This document shows, piece by piece, positions 41,376 to 51,796 of a DNA stretch of 64,000 bases (the stretch's first letter is position 1; the number at the start of each line of letters is the position of its first letter). The position numbers were made by a program, and so were the translations under genes. A model generated the notes under the pieces. The model worked only from the letters and a program-made list of their open reading frames with translations. It made no database searches and was not told where the DNA came from. Origin of the DNA: an uncultured Clostridiaceae bacterium (GTDB lineage: Bacteria; Bacillota; Clostridia; DUPQ01); contig CAZLVL010000008.1 of assembly GCA_964563155.1 (NCBI GenBank), positions 40,310-104,309 on the forward strand. The letters are read 5' to 3'.

Positions 41376-42746
41376 TTATTTAAATTGCTTACTTAAAGAT
41401 TTTTTCTTCATGGTCATTTTTGATATATTTGACTTTTTTACTAAAAAGGTCCTAGTAATTAAAAAGGTCAAAGCTTCTGATATTACAAAGGAAAGCCAAA
41501 CTCCGGTTAAACCCATAAGTCTGCCTAGGATTACAGATAGAGGAAGGATAATTATGAATTCTCTTAAAAATGAAACTATAAAGCTGGTTTTGCCATCTCT
41601 TGTAGATTGAAAAAGAGTTGCATACATAATATTTAGACCAGCAAAGAAAAAACTAATACTTATAAGGCGCAAGGCCTCTACACCTAATCTATACATTTCT
41701 TGACTTGGGTTAAAGATATTAACAATGCTTGGGGCAAATATTACAAATATAGCGGTACCACTTAACATAACAAGAGATGTTAGCAGTTTTGACTTTTTAA
41801 AGATCTCATCTAATTTGTCCTTTTTTTCCGCCCCATAAAAATAGGCTTCAATTGGTCTAATTCCTTGGGCTACTCCAAAAACTGGCATAAAGACAAATTG
41901 CTGTAATTTAAAATATATACCTAAAACTGAAACTGCCACAATTGAGTGGACAGAAACAATATTGTTTAGAATGAATACTAAAAATGATGATAAAGCTTGC
42001 ATTAAAATTGCAGGCAACCCAACTGCCATAATATCATTTATAATCTTTTTCTTAAAAAGAAAATCAGGTGCTCCCACCTTAAGACCTATCTTGGCCCTGT
42101 AAAAATATATGATACCAAAAACTAAAGATATGGCTTGGCCAATAACTGTAGCAATAGCTGCCCCTCTTATTCCCAAGGCTGGAAAGCCTAAAAGACCAAA
42201 GATTAAAAGAGGATCTAAAATTATATTTGTTATAGCTCCCGCTAGCACAATTACCATTGGAGCCAACATATTACCTGTAGCCTGAATAGCCTTTTCTACT
42301 AAGAGCTGGACCGTTACTGTAAAGGCAAAAAGGGTTATGAGATTGGTATATTCTAAGCCACCTTCAATTATTAAAGGGTCATCTGTAAACATTTCAAAAA
42401 AAGCTTGATTAAAGAAAAAACCAAAGACAGCAAAGAAAATCCCAATAATTAGTCCAATAGGAATTGCATAATTAGCGGTTTGGTCCACATACTCATAGTC
42501 TTTTTCTCCCAGTTTTCTAGATATGAGGGCACTTAAACCCACCCCTGTTCCAACCCCAAAGGCAATTATGAGGATCTGTATGGGCATAGCCAAGGAAACA
42601 GCGGTTAGGGCATTATCTCCAAGTCTTGATACAAAGATACTATCCACAATGTTATATAGAGCAGTAATGAGCATGGAAATCATGGCAGGTACTGACATCT
42701 TTATAATTAACTTCATGGCTGGTAGGTCTTTGTTTTTATCTATCAT
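41376..42746 (-). CDS. MATE family efflux transporter
   Basis: 456 aa with 12 predicted helices and MATE repeats. A second MATE paralogue in the window. Confidence 0.85.
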   Translation of the reverse strand: MIDKNKDLPAMKLIIKMSVPAMISMLITALYNIVDSIFVSRLGDNALTAVSLAMPIQILIIAFGVGTGVGLSALISRKLGEKDYEYVDQTANYAIPIGLIIGIFFAVFGFFFNQAFFEMFTDDPLIIEGGLEYTNLITLFAFTVTVQLLVEKAIQATGNMLAPMVIVLAGAITNIILDPLLIFGLLGFPALGIRGAAIATVIGQAISLVFGIIYFYRAKIGLKVGAPDFLFKKKIINDIMAVGLPAILMQALSSFLVFILNNIVSVHSIVAVSVLGIYFKLQQFVFMPVFGVAQGIRPIEAYFYGAEKKDKLDEIFKKSKLLTSLVMLSGTAIFVIFAPSIVNIFNPSQEMYRLGVEALRLISISFFFAGLNIMYATLFQSTRDGKTSFIVSFLREFIIILPLSVILGRLMGLTGVWLSFVISEALTFLITRTFLVKKSNISKMTMKKKSLSKQFK

Positions 42747-42943
42747 ATATAAATATCCTTGTTTTCTTTTCTAGGCCAGGGCCTTCTGCCAATTCTAACA
42801 TAAAAATGTTTAATTTCAAGAAGCCTATAAAAAGTCAAAAAAAATGCATCTAGAGAAGTAAGTAAAAAATGCAAGCTTACCTTAATTGATAAAAATAGGC
42901 CTTTGAGATAAAATGCTTTTAAGATAAAGCAAAGGATATCTTC

Positions 42944-43492
42944 ATGCAAAAGAAAAAACCTGTAAAAATAAGTACAAAAAGATTAGTTTTGAGGCCTCTT
43001 AAAATAGAGGATGCTCCTAGGGTTGCCTACCTTGCTAACAATTACCAGATTTACAGAAATACTCTTAACCTACCCTACCCCTATAGAAAAGAAGATGCTG
43101 AAATGTGGATTTTAAGACAAATGACCAAGTTTGATAACAATGAAACTATATCTTTAGGTATAAGCTACAGGCTTACCAATGAGCTGGTGGGGGTTATAGG
43201 TCTTTATCTTTGTCCTTACCATGAAAATGGAGAGATTGGCTATTGGATTGGTAAAGATTACAGAAACAAGGGCTTTGCCACAGAAGCAGTCTTAGCCCTT
43301 ATTGATTATGCTTTTGGCCAACTAAACTATTACAGAGTCTATGGTAAGTGTTTTGCATCCAACCCAGCTTCTGCTAAAGTTTTAGAAAAGGTAGGTATGA
43401 CCTTTGAAGGTGAGCTTAAGGGCCACATTAAAAAAGAAGACATCTTCGAAGATGTACTTTGCTATGGAATTATTAATCCTAACTACTACTAA
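42944..43492 (+). CDS. GNAT family N-acetyltransferase (RimJ/RimL-like)
   Basis: Acetyl-CoA binding motif RNKGFATEA with R/Q-x-x-G-x-G/A geometry. 182 aa. Confidence 0.8.
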   Translation: MQKKKPVKISTKRLVLRPLKIEDAPRVAYLANNYQIYRNTLNLPYPYRKEDAEMWILRQMTKFDNNETISLGISYRLTNELVGVIGLYLCPYHENGEIGYWIGKDYRNKGFATEAVLALIDYAFGQLNYYRVYGKCFASNPASAKVLEKVGMTFEGELKGHIKKEDIFEDVLCYGIINPNYY

Positions 43493-43517
43493 CAAGAAAA
43501 AGACTAACTATATTTAT

Positions 43518-44624
43518 TTAATCATCAATCCTTATACCCTTTAACTGTTCAAAACTATATAAACTACCCTCTGGGTTATCTTGTATTACATTTGAAATAA
43601 TTACATTATCCACCTTTGTATTTATTAATACTGCATGTTTTGAAAATCTTGAATGGACAGAATCTACAGAAATATTATAAATATCATTATCTTTGTAATC
43701 TTTACCATACCCTGTATATAGCATTACAGTTGCAGACCTATTACCTTGACCTATATCTTCAACATTTCTTATATCCACATTGTAAACTCTCAAGCCTCCA
43801 CTGGCTAAGCATATAACTCCATGATGCTTACCCCCAGTTCTTATATCACTAATGGAAATATCATGAATGTCTAATTCTCTTAAATCTCCATCAAATATGG
43901 AAATCATAGGCTCTAAAGGATAGAGATAATTTTTATGGGGAAAATCTTCTTTGCTTAATAAAAGGGCTGTACAAGCTACGGTGTCATCTGACGTGCTTCC
44001 AGATATATTCCATATGCGAAAATAGCTAGAGCCAGCCCTAATATTTATACCATCTCCATTTTTAACATCAGACTCAATATAAATATCATGCACATTGCCA
44101 TAGGCACACATATCAAAAGAAAGAGCCCAGCATTTTGTGTTAAAAATACTTAGTCCACTTATTTCAATATTTTCACATAAAGAAATACAAATACTTATGG
44201 TCCTCCAACCCCAAAAGTCACCTACCATATCCTCTTCTTCTTGAAGTACTGGATGAAAGCCTCTTTTATTCAAATCAGAACCCATAAGTTTTGCACCATT
44301 TATCCCCTTAATAGAAACATTTTTTAGTCTTTCAACCGCTAAAGGTCTACCATAGGGATCATCTTTATCAACCTTCACATTGGTCCCTCTAAAAATATTA
44401 TCAAAGACATAATCATTTTGCTTTATTGTACAAGCATCAATAAGTACTTCCATATCATCATACAAGAGGATAGCTTCATCAATATGCCAGTTCTTTCTAT
44501 TAAAGATTATCCTTTTTTCTCCAGCATATTCCAAAGCCTCATTCATACAAGAAGTAATAGCTTTAGAGTCACTAATACTTTCTTTTAAATAGTCATATAC
44601 ATAAAAGTCCATCGAATACCTCAC
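43518..44624 (-). CDS. Right-handed parallel beta-helix protein, GH28/pectin-lyase-fold-like glycosidase
   Basis: Repetitive Ile/Asn/Gly-rich beta-helix coils (NISGS, DIRN, NVIISN). No signal peptide. Confidence 0.45.
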   Translation of the reverse strand: MRYSMDFYVYDYLKESISDSKAITSCMNEALEYAGEKRIIFNRKNWHIDEAILLYDDMEVLIDACTIKQNDYVFDNIFRGTNVKVDKDDPYGRPLAVERLKNVSIKGINGAKLMGSDLNKRGFHPVLQEEEDMVGDFWGWRTISICISLCENIEISGLSIFNTKCWALSFDMCAYGNVHDIYIESDVKNGDGINIRAGSSYFRIWNISGSTSDDTVACTALLLSKEDFPHKNYLYPLEPMISIFDGDLRELDIHDISISDIRTGGKHHGVICLASGGLRVYNVDIRNVEDIGQGNRSATVMLYTGYGKDYKDNDIYNISVDSVHSRFSKHAVLINTKVDNVIISNVIQDNPEGSLYSFEQLKGIRIDD

Positions 44625-44632
44625 CTATCACT

Positions 44633-45289
44633 CTAATATATATTCTCATTTTCAATATACCTCATTAATTTACTCTTTTTCAAGAGCTTCCCAAAAAGAC
44701 CAATGGCAGGTCCTGTGAGTAAAACTGATAAGATACTTGTAATACCCACCCTACCCCCTAAGATAAAGCCTAAAAGAGCATAGGTGATATCGGTGAAGAT
44801 CCTGACTCTAGAATAGGGTTGTTTTACTAGGTCTGAAATAATGAGACCTAGGCTGTCCGCAGGACTAGCTCCTAGTTTGGGTGATGTATAAAGATAGACC
44901 CCTAAACCTAGTAATATACAGGCAAAAAAGGCTAAAGCAATTCTAAAATAAAGTGATAAGTTTTCATTGATAAAACTCTCCAAAAGCCTTATAAACAAGT
45001 CAATAAAAACTCCTGAAAGAAAAAGACTTAAGAACATGGCAATGTTAATGTATTTTCTAAAAAATATCAGGATAAACAGAATAATTAGACCATTCATAAT
45101 CATATTTGCTATTCCTTGAGTAACCAAAAGCCTAACGTGAATAGCATTACAAAGGACCTGGTATGGATCAGTTCCTAAATTGGTTAAAACAAAAATGGAA
45201 GTGGCTAAAGCTATTATCCCTATACCAATAATAGCTATAGCAAGACGAGCTAGATAGGTTTTTGATAAATATTTTTTTAACTTTTCCAT
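44633..45289 (-). CDS. YczE/YitT-like integral membrane protein
   Basis: 218 aa with 5-6 TM helices and conserved N-terminal LGTDPYQV-type motif. Confidence 0.5.
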   Translation of the reverse strand: MEKLKKYLSKTYLARLAIAIIGIGIIALATSIFVLTNLGTDPYQVLCNAIHVRLLVTQGIANMIMNGLIILFILIFFRKYINIAMFLSLFLSGVFIDLFIRLLESFINENLSLYFRIALAFFACILLGLGVYLYTSPKLGASPADSLGLIISDLVKQPYSRVRIFTDITYALLGFILGGRVGITSILSVLLTGPAIGLFGKLLKKSKLMRYIENENIY

Positions 45290-45296
45290 TTTCTTA

Positions 45297-48254
45297 TCAT
45301 CTTTCTTCTAGCTCAAACTTCAACTTAATAGTCTTAATCTCAAAAGGAGTAAAAGTAAGAGAAGTTAAATCAAGAGGACCAATCTCATTTTCTAATAAGT
45401 CTGTTTCTATAATATGCTTGTATTGAAAAACTGTAGTAAGCTCACATGAAATTGTTTTATCACAGCTATTGAAAAGTCGGACTATTATTCCATCTTGTAA
45501 ATAGCTAAGTTTTATTGTTTCAACTACTATATTAGGATTACTGGTAGCAGCCAAGCTTTTTTCATCAACACTTCCCTTAATAATCTTTAAGGGCTTGTTT
45601 AAGAAATAGGAGTGAGCTAGGCTTTTAAGACCATGTCCACCCTCATGAAAGTAAAGTCCATAAGTAAAAGAAGATTCTCCCCTATCTGCTTTTTTATCTG
45701 GAAAAATTGGAGATCTTAAAAGATTAAGAGATATCCTATTACCTTTTACCCTATGACCATACTTATTATCATTAATTAATGAGACCCCATGACTATCTTC
45801 AGACAAGTCTACATACTTATGGGCACAAATTTCAAACTGAGCCTTTTCTTCTGGGCTTTCATCCTTTGTACTTCTTTTTATTGATGCCATTTGTATATCA
45901 CAAGTAACAAAAGGGCTATCTACAGCCAAATCAAAGTCTGCCCTTAGCATCTTAAAGGTTTCATGATAGTCACAATGACTTTTAAAATATATTAGAGGGC
46001 TATTAGCAAAAAGAATAACATCCTGTACCAGCTTAGTCTTTTTATGCCTATACTCACTTCTTCTTATAATAGAAGGGCCATCATAAAAAACAGTAACCTT
46101 TTTGACCTTAAGTCTTTTACTTGGTTTTTTGTGATATTTCCAGTCTATATCCCAGGCATTGTAGTAAAGCCACTTATCTTTATACAATCGTAAGGCATTT
46201 ATTTTACCTTTTGAAAACTCTCTCTTTGTACTTTTATCCAAGGCTGAAACAATATGACCCTCTTTAGAAAACTCCAACCTTATATACTCATTTTCAATTA
46301 TATTATCTGTAAAACTAAGGCCTTCCCACAAAATTTGTTTAACTTTTTCTAACTGAGAAAAGCCATATGGTTCAACCTTTGCCATATACCACTTATTATC
46401 ATGTTTTACAAATTCTTCCCTGTAAAAAGATGTAGGATTAAAAACACTTAAAGTCTTATCATCCATATGAGTTAAGTATGAAAAAGTATTAATTTCTTCT
46501 TCTTTAATTTCTTTTAATATTTTTTCATATCTAATATGACTTTCTCTATATACCCTTGTAATACTACTTCCTGGAATTATGTCATGGAATTGATATAAAA
46601 GGACTTCCTTCCACCACTTATCCAGTTGGGAAAGAGGATATTTTCTCCCCTTTGTCCATCCATAGACTAAAAGACTTTCTAAGGTTTGTAATTCATATTC
46701 GCACCTTCTATTATAATTTTTACTCTTAGCCTGGGTAGTATAGGTTCCTTGATGTTTTTCTAGATATAATTCATCTTTAAAAAGAGGAAGCTTATGGCTG
46801 TAATCTTTTAGTTTGTCAAAAAAATCAATAGCCTTTCCAAAAACCACAGAGGGGCTATTAAAAAGCTTTTCCTGTCTTTTTGCCAGTTCAATGTGGACCT
46901 CTCCAGGTCCCCCTCCCCCATCACCTACCCCATATATGAGTAAAGCTTCTGGTGCTATCTCTTTTTCTGAATAGTTCTTTAAGGCTTGCTTTACACAGGC
47001 TGGACTGGCTGCACTATTATATGTTTCTGCTGGAGACATGTGTACAAGGACCTGACTGCCATCCACTCCCTGCCATACAAAACTCCTGTAGGGAAATCTA
47101 TTGTGCTCATTCCATGAAAGTTTTATGGTCATAAAGTAGTCTAGTCCACTTTTTTTCAAGATTTGTGGCATATTTCCATTGTAGCCAAAGACATCAGGCA
47201 ACCAGCATATTTTCATATCTTGATTAAATTCTTGCTGAAAAAATCTTTTACCATAAAAGATTTGGCGGATTAAGGCTTCTCCTGAACTTAAATTAGTGTC
47301 TGCTTCAACCCACATTCCCCCTTGTAGTTCTAGTTGACCTCTTTTTGCCAGGTCCTGCAGTTTAGTATACTGTTTTGGGTAATTCTCCTTTATATACTCA
47401 AATTGCCAAGCTTGACTGGCCCCATATATATATGAAGGATACTTGTTAGCATTATTTATTTGATTGGCAAAGGTCCTTTGGGCTTTTCTCTTTGTCTCTC
47501 TTATGGGCCATAACCAGGCTAAGTCTAAATGGGAATGGCCAACAGCTGTAAATCTTACCTCTTCTTTATTCTCACTTTTACTATTAAAAAGAGGTTTAAG
47601 AACTTCTTTAGCCTCTAAAACAGAAAGTTTAACTAAAGAATAGCTTTCATTTAAAGCTTCTTCAATTATATTTCTTTTATGTTTTTCTCTTGTAATGGAT
47701 AAAAGAGATGCTAGGGTTAAGTAATCATAATAATAGTCTTTTAAGTCATCATCTACTGTACACAGTTTAGCATACTGAAATATGCCAAAACCAAAGGGAT
47801 AATTGTAGTAGCCATTGTAGCCAGCATCTATATATATTTCTAAAGGACTATCTGGTTTTGCAGATAAAGACACTTCAATAATGCTTTTACCATATGAAGC
47901 TTGAAGCCTATCAATATAGCTCATTACCAGAGTAATCCCTGCTTCAGGTTCACAATCATGGTATATGGCACCTTCACCCCCTACATTTATATGAACTACC
48001 ACATGCTTACCCTGGGCACTTTTAGGAATCACACCCCTTATACGAAACCAAGCAGACCCAAAAACCCCAGCCCAAATTTGACCTCTTCTAATTGGCTTAT
48101 ACTCTAAATTCCTTTGATTTCCAGGGGCTATAGGCTCCTTTGTTGAATGGACCTTAACTTCTAAGGGTGCAATGACTGTGTAGATCTTCTTTTGCATTGC
48201 CTTAAGCCGCCTTAAGTGCTTAGCTTCCTTCTTTATCTTCTTAAGTTCTTTCAT
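45297..48254 (-). CDS. Glycoside hydrolase family 38 alpha-mannosidase (MAN2C1-like, about 1000 aa)
   Basis: GH38 N-domain metal site VGHSHLDLAWLWP. Central and C-terminal GH38 domains. The track's GTG start at 48299 would overlap the upstream gene by 59 bp. The ATG at 48254 (MKELKK) or 48197 is more plausible, and the start remains uncertain. Confidence 0.8.
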   Translation of the reverse strand: MKELKKIKKEAKHLRRLKAMQKKIYTVIAPLEVKVHSTKEPIAPGNQRNLEYKPIRRGQIWAGVFGSAWFRIRGVIPKSAQGKHVVVHINVGGEGAIYHDCEPEAGITLVMSYIDRLQASYGKSIIEVSLSAKPDSPLEIYIDAGYNGYYNYPFGFGIFQYAKLCTVDDDLKDYYYDYLTLASLLSITREKHKRNIIEEALNESYSLVKLSVLEAKEVLKPLFNSKSENKEEVRFTAVGHSHLDLAWLWPIRETKRKAQRTFANQINNANKYPSYIYGASQAWQFEYIKENYPKQYTKLQDLAKRGQLELQGGMWVEADTNLSSGEALIRQIFYGKRFFQQEFNQDMKICWLPDVFGYNGNMPQILKKSGLDYFMTIKLSWNEHNRFPYRSFVWQGVDGSQVLVHMSPAETYNSAASPACVKQALKNYSEKEIAPEALLIYGVGDGGGGPGEVHIELAKRQEKLFNSPSVVFGKAIDFFDKLKDYSHKLPLFKDELYLEKHQGTYTTQAKSKNYNRRCEYELQTLESLLVYGWTKGRKYPLSQLDKWWKEVLLYQFHDIIPGSSITRVYRESHIRYEKILKEIKEEEINTFSYLTHMDDKTLSVFNPTSFYREEFVKHDNKWYMAKVEPYGFSQLEKVKQILWEGLSFTDNIIENEYIRLEFSKEGHIVSALDKSTKREFSKGKINALRLYKDKWLYYNAWDIDWKYHKKPSKRLKVKKVTVFYDGPSIIRRSEYRHKKTKLVQDVILFANSPLIYFKSHCDYHETFKMLRADFDLAVDSPFVTCDIQMASIKRSTKDESPEEKAQFEICAHKYVDLSEDSHGVSLINDNKYGHRVKGNRISLNLLRSPIFPDKKADRGESSFTYGLYFHEGGHGLKSLAHSYFLNKPLKIIKGSVDEKSLAATSNPNIVVETIKLSYLQDGIIVRLFNSCDKTISCELTTVFQYKHIIETDLLENEIGPLDLTSLTFTPFEIKTIKLKFELEER

Positions 48255-49548
48255 ATTTTTTCTCGTTATGCTTGAAATATAAGGGGTTGGTAATTCCACG
48301 GACCCATTCGACTTTAAAAAGTTTTCTAATTACAAGAATATATGCAAATTCAAGGTCCTCACTTAGAGGAAAGTCTACTTGCAGTTTTCCTTTTTTAAAG
48401 TTTTTCCACTCTTTAAGAAGACCTTTATTGGTAACTAACCTTACACGACTTCCTATCTTTAGATTTTCTGCTGATATTTTCAGTTTTATTCCTTCTTGGT
48501 AATCCAGCTCATCTCCCATAATTTTATCCTTGCATGAAAGATTCAGTTTTACTCCTTTTACCGAAGAAGACACATAAGATCTACCTTCTTTCATGGCCTG
48601 TAAAATAGCTTTTTCAGAAGGGTTTTCTACATAAAGGTAACTTATGGGATTTCCCATCCTGACAGGATGAAAGTCCTTGTGAAAATCACTTCCTCCAATA
48701 AGTGGAATTCTTTTTCCCTCTTTTACCATAGAATGCCACCACTGTATGGCCTTTATATTGTCCTTTCTCATAGGTCCATTCCACACCTCTACCATATCAA
48801 AGCAGTCTCTACTTTCCCAAAGGTAGGGACAAAGAGAACACTTGGGGTGGTTCACAGATATAAGGGCTCCCATTTTTTTAGCATCATTCACAAGAGCTAA
48901 CATCTCTTTTTCACTATTGGCAATAAAAGAGTTTTCAAAAGGAGCCTTTACTCCATAAAAGTTCATATGGCCCTTGTAATGGGTCCATTCCACAGCTGGA
49001 ATTAAGGTAAGTCCTGGCACCTTTGGTAGGTTCATGTTTTCAGAATAGTTATTATGATTTGAAAGAGCTATAAAATCTAGGCCCATTTTCAAGGCCCTTT
49101 TTGTTAAGGTAGAAATATCATGTTGACCATCTGAAGCATCAGAGTGCATATGCAAATCACCTTTTAGCCATCTAGGTCTAGCTTTATCATAGGTAATCTC
49201 ATAAGTGACCTCTAGTCCTTGGTCAGGTATCTTGTAGGCTCCTACAATTATCTTCCAAACCCCTTCTTCTAAACAAGTCATCTTGTAGCCCTTGGTAGAG
49301 GCATAGGGCCCTATAAACACCCTATCTTTTGCACTTCCTGACCAGCCTAAAAAACTTCCATGCTTGTCCATAAGGCCCAAGTCTACTACATTTACCATCT
49401 CTACTAAGGATTTATACTTACCAGAAAATCTCTTGTAACTATAGCTGACTGTTACCCTTTCACAATCTGGAGGCATAGGAAAATCAATAGTATAGTATTT
49501 ACCTTCCAACTCTTTTGGAATTTTGTGTACGATTATATGTTTATCCAT
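48241..49548 (-). CDS. PHP-domain metallohydrolase (CehA/McbA-like) with N-terminal beta-domain
   Basis: PHP motifs LKGDLHMHSDASDGQ, ALSNHN, EWTHYKGH and SDFH. Confidence 0.7.
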   Translation of the reverse strand: MDKHIIVHKIPKELEGKYYTIDFPMPPDCERVTVSYSYKRFSGKYKSLVEMVNVVDLGLMDKHGSFLGWSGSAKDRVFIGPYASTKGYKMTCLEEGVWKIIVGAYKIPDQGLEVTYEITYDKARPRWLKGDLHMHSDASDGQHDISTLTKRALKMGLDFIALSNHNNYSENMNLPKVPGLTLIPAVEWTHYKGHMNFYGVKAPFENSFIANSEKEMLALVNDAKKMGALISVNHPKCSLCPYLWESRDCFDMVEVWNGPMRKDNIKAIQWWHSMVKEGKRIPLIGGSDFHKDFHPVRMGNPISYLYVENPSEKAILQAMKEGRSYVSSSVKGVKLNLSCKDKIMGDELDYQEGIKLKISAENLKIGSRVRLVTNKGLLKEWKNFKKGKLQVDFPLSEDLEFAYILVIRKLFKVEWVRGITNPLYFKHNEKKYERT

Positions 49549-49552
49549 TGGT

Positions 49553-50305
49553 CTATCTTGTAATATCCTCTATAAAGTTCTTTAGATGCTTGTCCCAAAA
49601 ATACCAGTCATGAATTCCATCTTCAATAATAGACTTCACATTTAGCCCCTTAGATTTTGCATTTTCCATAAATGATACAGAAAGCCAATAAAGGTCGTCT
49701 TGCAAGCCGCAATAGACATAGAAGTCTAAGTCTTTATGCTTTTTACCATCTAAAAGATTGACAGGATTTAAGGGTGTATTGTCTATGTCATTTACAGCAG
49801 GAAGCATAAAGGCAAAATCATTCTTTTGCTCTTCTTCCATATGAGGTAGCATAAGCTTTAAATCTAAGAGCCCAGAAAAAAGACCCACTCCCTTAAATCG
49901 CTCAGGATAGGTAAGGGCTATTCTAGAGGCTCCAAGTCCTCCCATAGAAATGCCTGCTATATAGGTTTTGTTTTTATCTTGGGAAATGTTAAATAATAAA
50001 TTTAAATACTCAGGAAGCTCATGAGCTATATGGCTAAAATAGTTCTGACCATATATATCATCACAATACATACTTCTTCCAGCACTAGGTATTACTATAA
50101 CAAGACCGGTTTCCATGGCATACAACTCAATTTTAGACAATCTAACAGGTGATGATGAATCATCTGATAGGCCATGTAAGAGATAAAGTACCTTTCTTTT
50201 TGATAGAGGAATATCCCCTATTCTGACAGAATCAGGTACCACAAGGGTGGTTGTCGTACTCATCTTCAATTCTTTTGAATAAAAGTTTAAGGTTAAAATA
50301 GCCAT
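49553..50305 (-). CDS. Esterase-D/putative esterase family alpha/beta hydrolase
   Basis: GISMGG nucleophile elbow and HGLSDD motif. AGAGGAG SD 8 nt upstream. Confidence 0.75.
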   Translation of the reverse strand: MAILTLNFYSKELKMSTTTTLVVPDSVRIGDIPLSKRKVLYLLHGLSDDSSSPVRLSKIELYAMETGLVIVIPSAGRSMYCDDIYGQNYFSHIAHELPEYLNLLFNISQDKNKTYIAGISMGGLGASRIALTYPERFKGVGLFSGLLDLKLMLPHMEEEQKNDFAFMLPAVNDIDNTPLNPVNLLDGKKHKDLDFYVYCGLQDDLYWLSVSFMENAKSKGLNVKSIIEDGIHDWYFWDKHLKNFIEDITR

Positions 50306-50309
50306 TTTT

Positions 50310-51635
50310 TTACTCCTCTACTTCTACAGCTGCTTGGACTTCCTCAGGCATATCCTTAAAGTTCAAGAATAAAGACATAATTACACAAAATGCCATGACT
50401 ACCAAAGGAAAGAGACTTAGTAAAAAGCGGGCTGCATTGGCTGGATCTGGTCCAGGTACTTCTCCACTTTCATAACCATATACCCTTGATACAATTAAGA
50501 ACCCTGCAGCAACAAATAGATTGCTTGACTTGTTCAAGATTCCAATAAGGCTTGAATAGGTTCCTTCCCTTCTTACTCCATGTTTTAGGGTGTCTTCATC
50601 TAAGATTTTTGAAGATACCATATCCATGGTTACACAAGTTCCCCCATAACCAAAGCCTAATATGACTAGGGCTACAATGGTTCCTGCTAGATTATTAACA
50701 AAGAAAAGAGGGGTTAGAGCTAGTCCAACTACAATCATTGAAAGTCTCCATGTCTTCATTAACTTTAGCTTCTTCATTATCTTTACCCATACAGGTATCC
50801 CTAAAATAGCACAGACTATAACTGAGGCTAGCATAATTGTAGAAGCCATACCCCCAGCATTTAATACATATTTAGCATACAAAGAAACTGATTGTTGTAG
50901 TATGGCCAAAGCTGCAAAAAAGGCTGCATTGCTTAGACCATAAATCCAAAACTTAGGATTCTTTATAATATCTCCTACAGTCTGAAAAAGTTTAGGTCTA
51001 GGCATCTTTTGAGCCTCTATGGATTCATGGCTGTTAAGAGCCATATAGAGTATTACTACCACTGCTAAGATACTGTAAACAATTGAGGTGTTTCTGTAAC
51101 CAATTTTTTCAGTAACAATGGGAGTTAAAGCGATACTAATAATCATGGCAAGAAGTTGGAAAACTTGCCTTAAGGCATTGGTCTTTGCTCTTTCTTTTTC
51201 TGTTGTAAATAGCTCTGGGAAGAGTGCTCCATAGTTAGAATTAATCAAAGAATCTAAGGTTCCAGTTAACATGTACATTATGGCTGCATACCAAAATACT
51301 GAGCCTTCTGATAGGCCTGCTGGCACATTGAAAAACATAACAAATGCTATGGCTAAAAGTGGTGCACCAATAACAAGCCATGGGCGACGTCGTCCCCACT
51401 GTGTTCTTGTACTGTCCGATAAAAAACCATAAACTGGATTGTCTAAGGCATCTAAGAAGGTATATGCAAATATTATAAGTGCGAACTTTTCTGAGGTTAA
51501 TACTGCAAGATAATCAACATAGTAGATAAAAGCAAAAGTTTTAAACATGTTGATTGGAATAGATGTACCAAACATTCCTATAGCATAGTTAATGGGTTTC
51601 GTCGGGCGGTTGGATAATTTTGTTTCTTTTTCCAT
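50310..51635 (-). CDS. MFS transporter, glycoside-pentoside-hexuronide (GPH):cation symporter family
   Basis: 12-TM MFS with GPH-like motifs. Start moved to MEKETK (51635), which has a strong GGGGGA SD; the track TTG start is at 51668. Confidence 0.8.
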   Translation of the reverse strand: MEKETKLSNRPTKPINYAIGMFGTSIPINMFKTFAFIYYVDYLAVLTSEKFALIIFAYTFLDALDNPVYGFLSDSTRTQWGRRRPWLVIGAPLLAIAFVMFFNVPAGLSEGSVFWYAAIMYMLTGTLDSLINSNYGALFPELFTTEKERAKTNALRQVFQLLAMIISIALTPIVTEKIGYRNTSIVYSILAVVVILYMALNSHESIEAQKMPRPKLFQTVGDIIKNPKFWIYGLSNAAFFAALAILQQSVSLYAKYVLNAGGMASTIMLASVIVCAILGIPVWVKIMKKLKLMKTWRLSMIVVGLALTPLFFVNNLAGTIVALVILGFGYGGTCVTMDMVSSKILDEDTLKHGVRREGTYSSLIGILNKSSNLFVAAGFLIVSRVYGYESGEVPGPDPANAARFLLSLFPLVVMAFCVIMSLFLNFKDMPEEVQAAVEVEE

Positions 51636-51796
51636 TAGAAATCCCCCTTTCGAAAATAGGTTCATCAAAAGTATATCAGTAGCACAATAAAACTGTCTAT
51701 TGTTTCCATGAAGCCATATAGCGATTTTTTTAAGTTATGCTGAAAAACCCTGGCTTTTTCTTGAAAAAAAGCTTTAATACTGTTACTCTTTAACAA

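Noticed and set aside
48241-48299. GTG start of the GH38 gene overlapping the PHP gene by 59 bp
   Set aside because: Long same-strand overlaps are rare. An in-frame ATG at 48254 leaves a 10-bp gap. The start is reported there, but remains uncertain (another candidate is at 48197).
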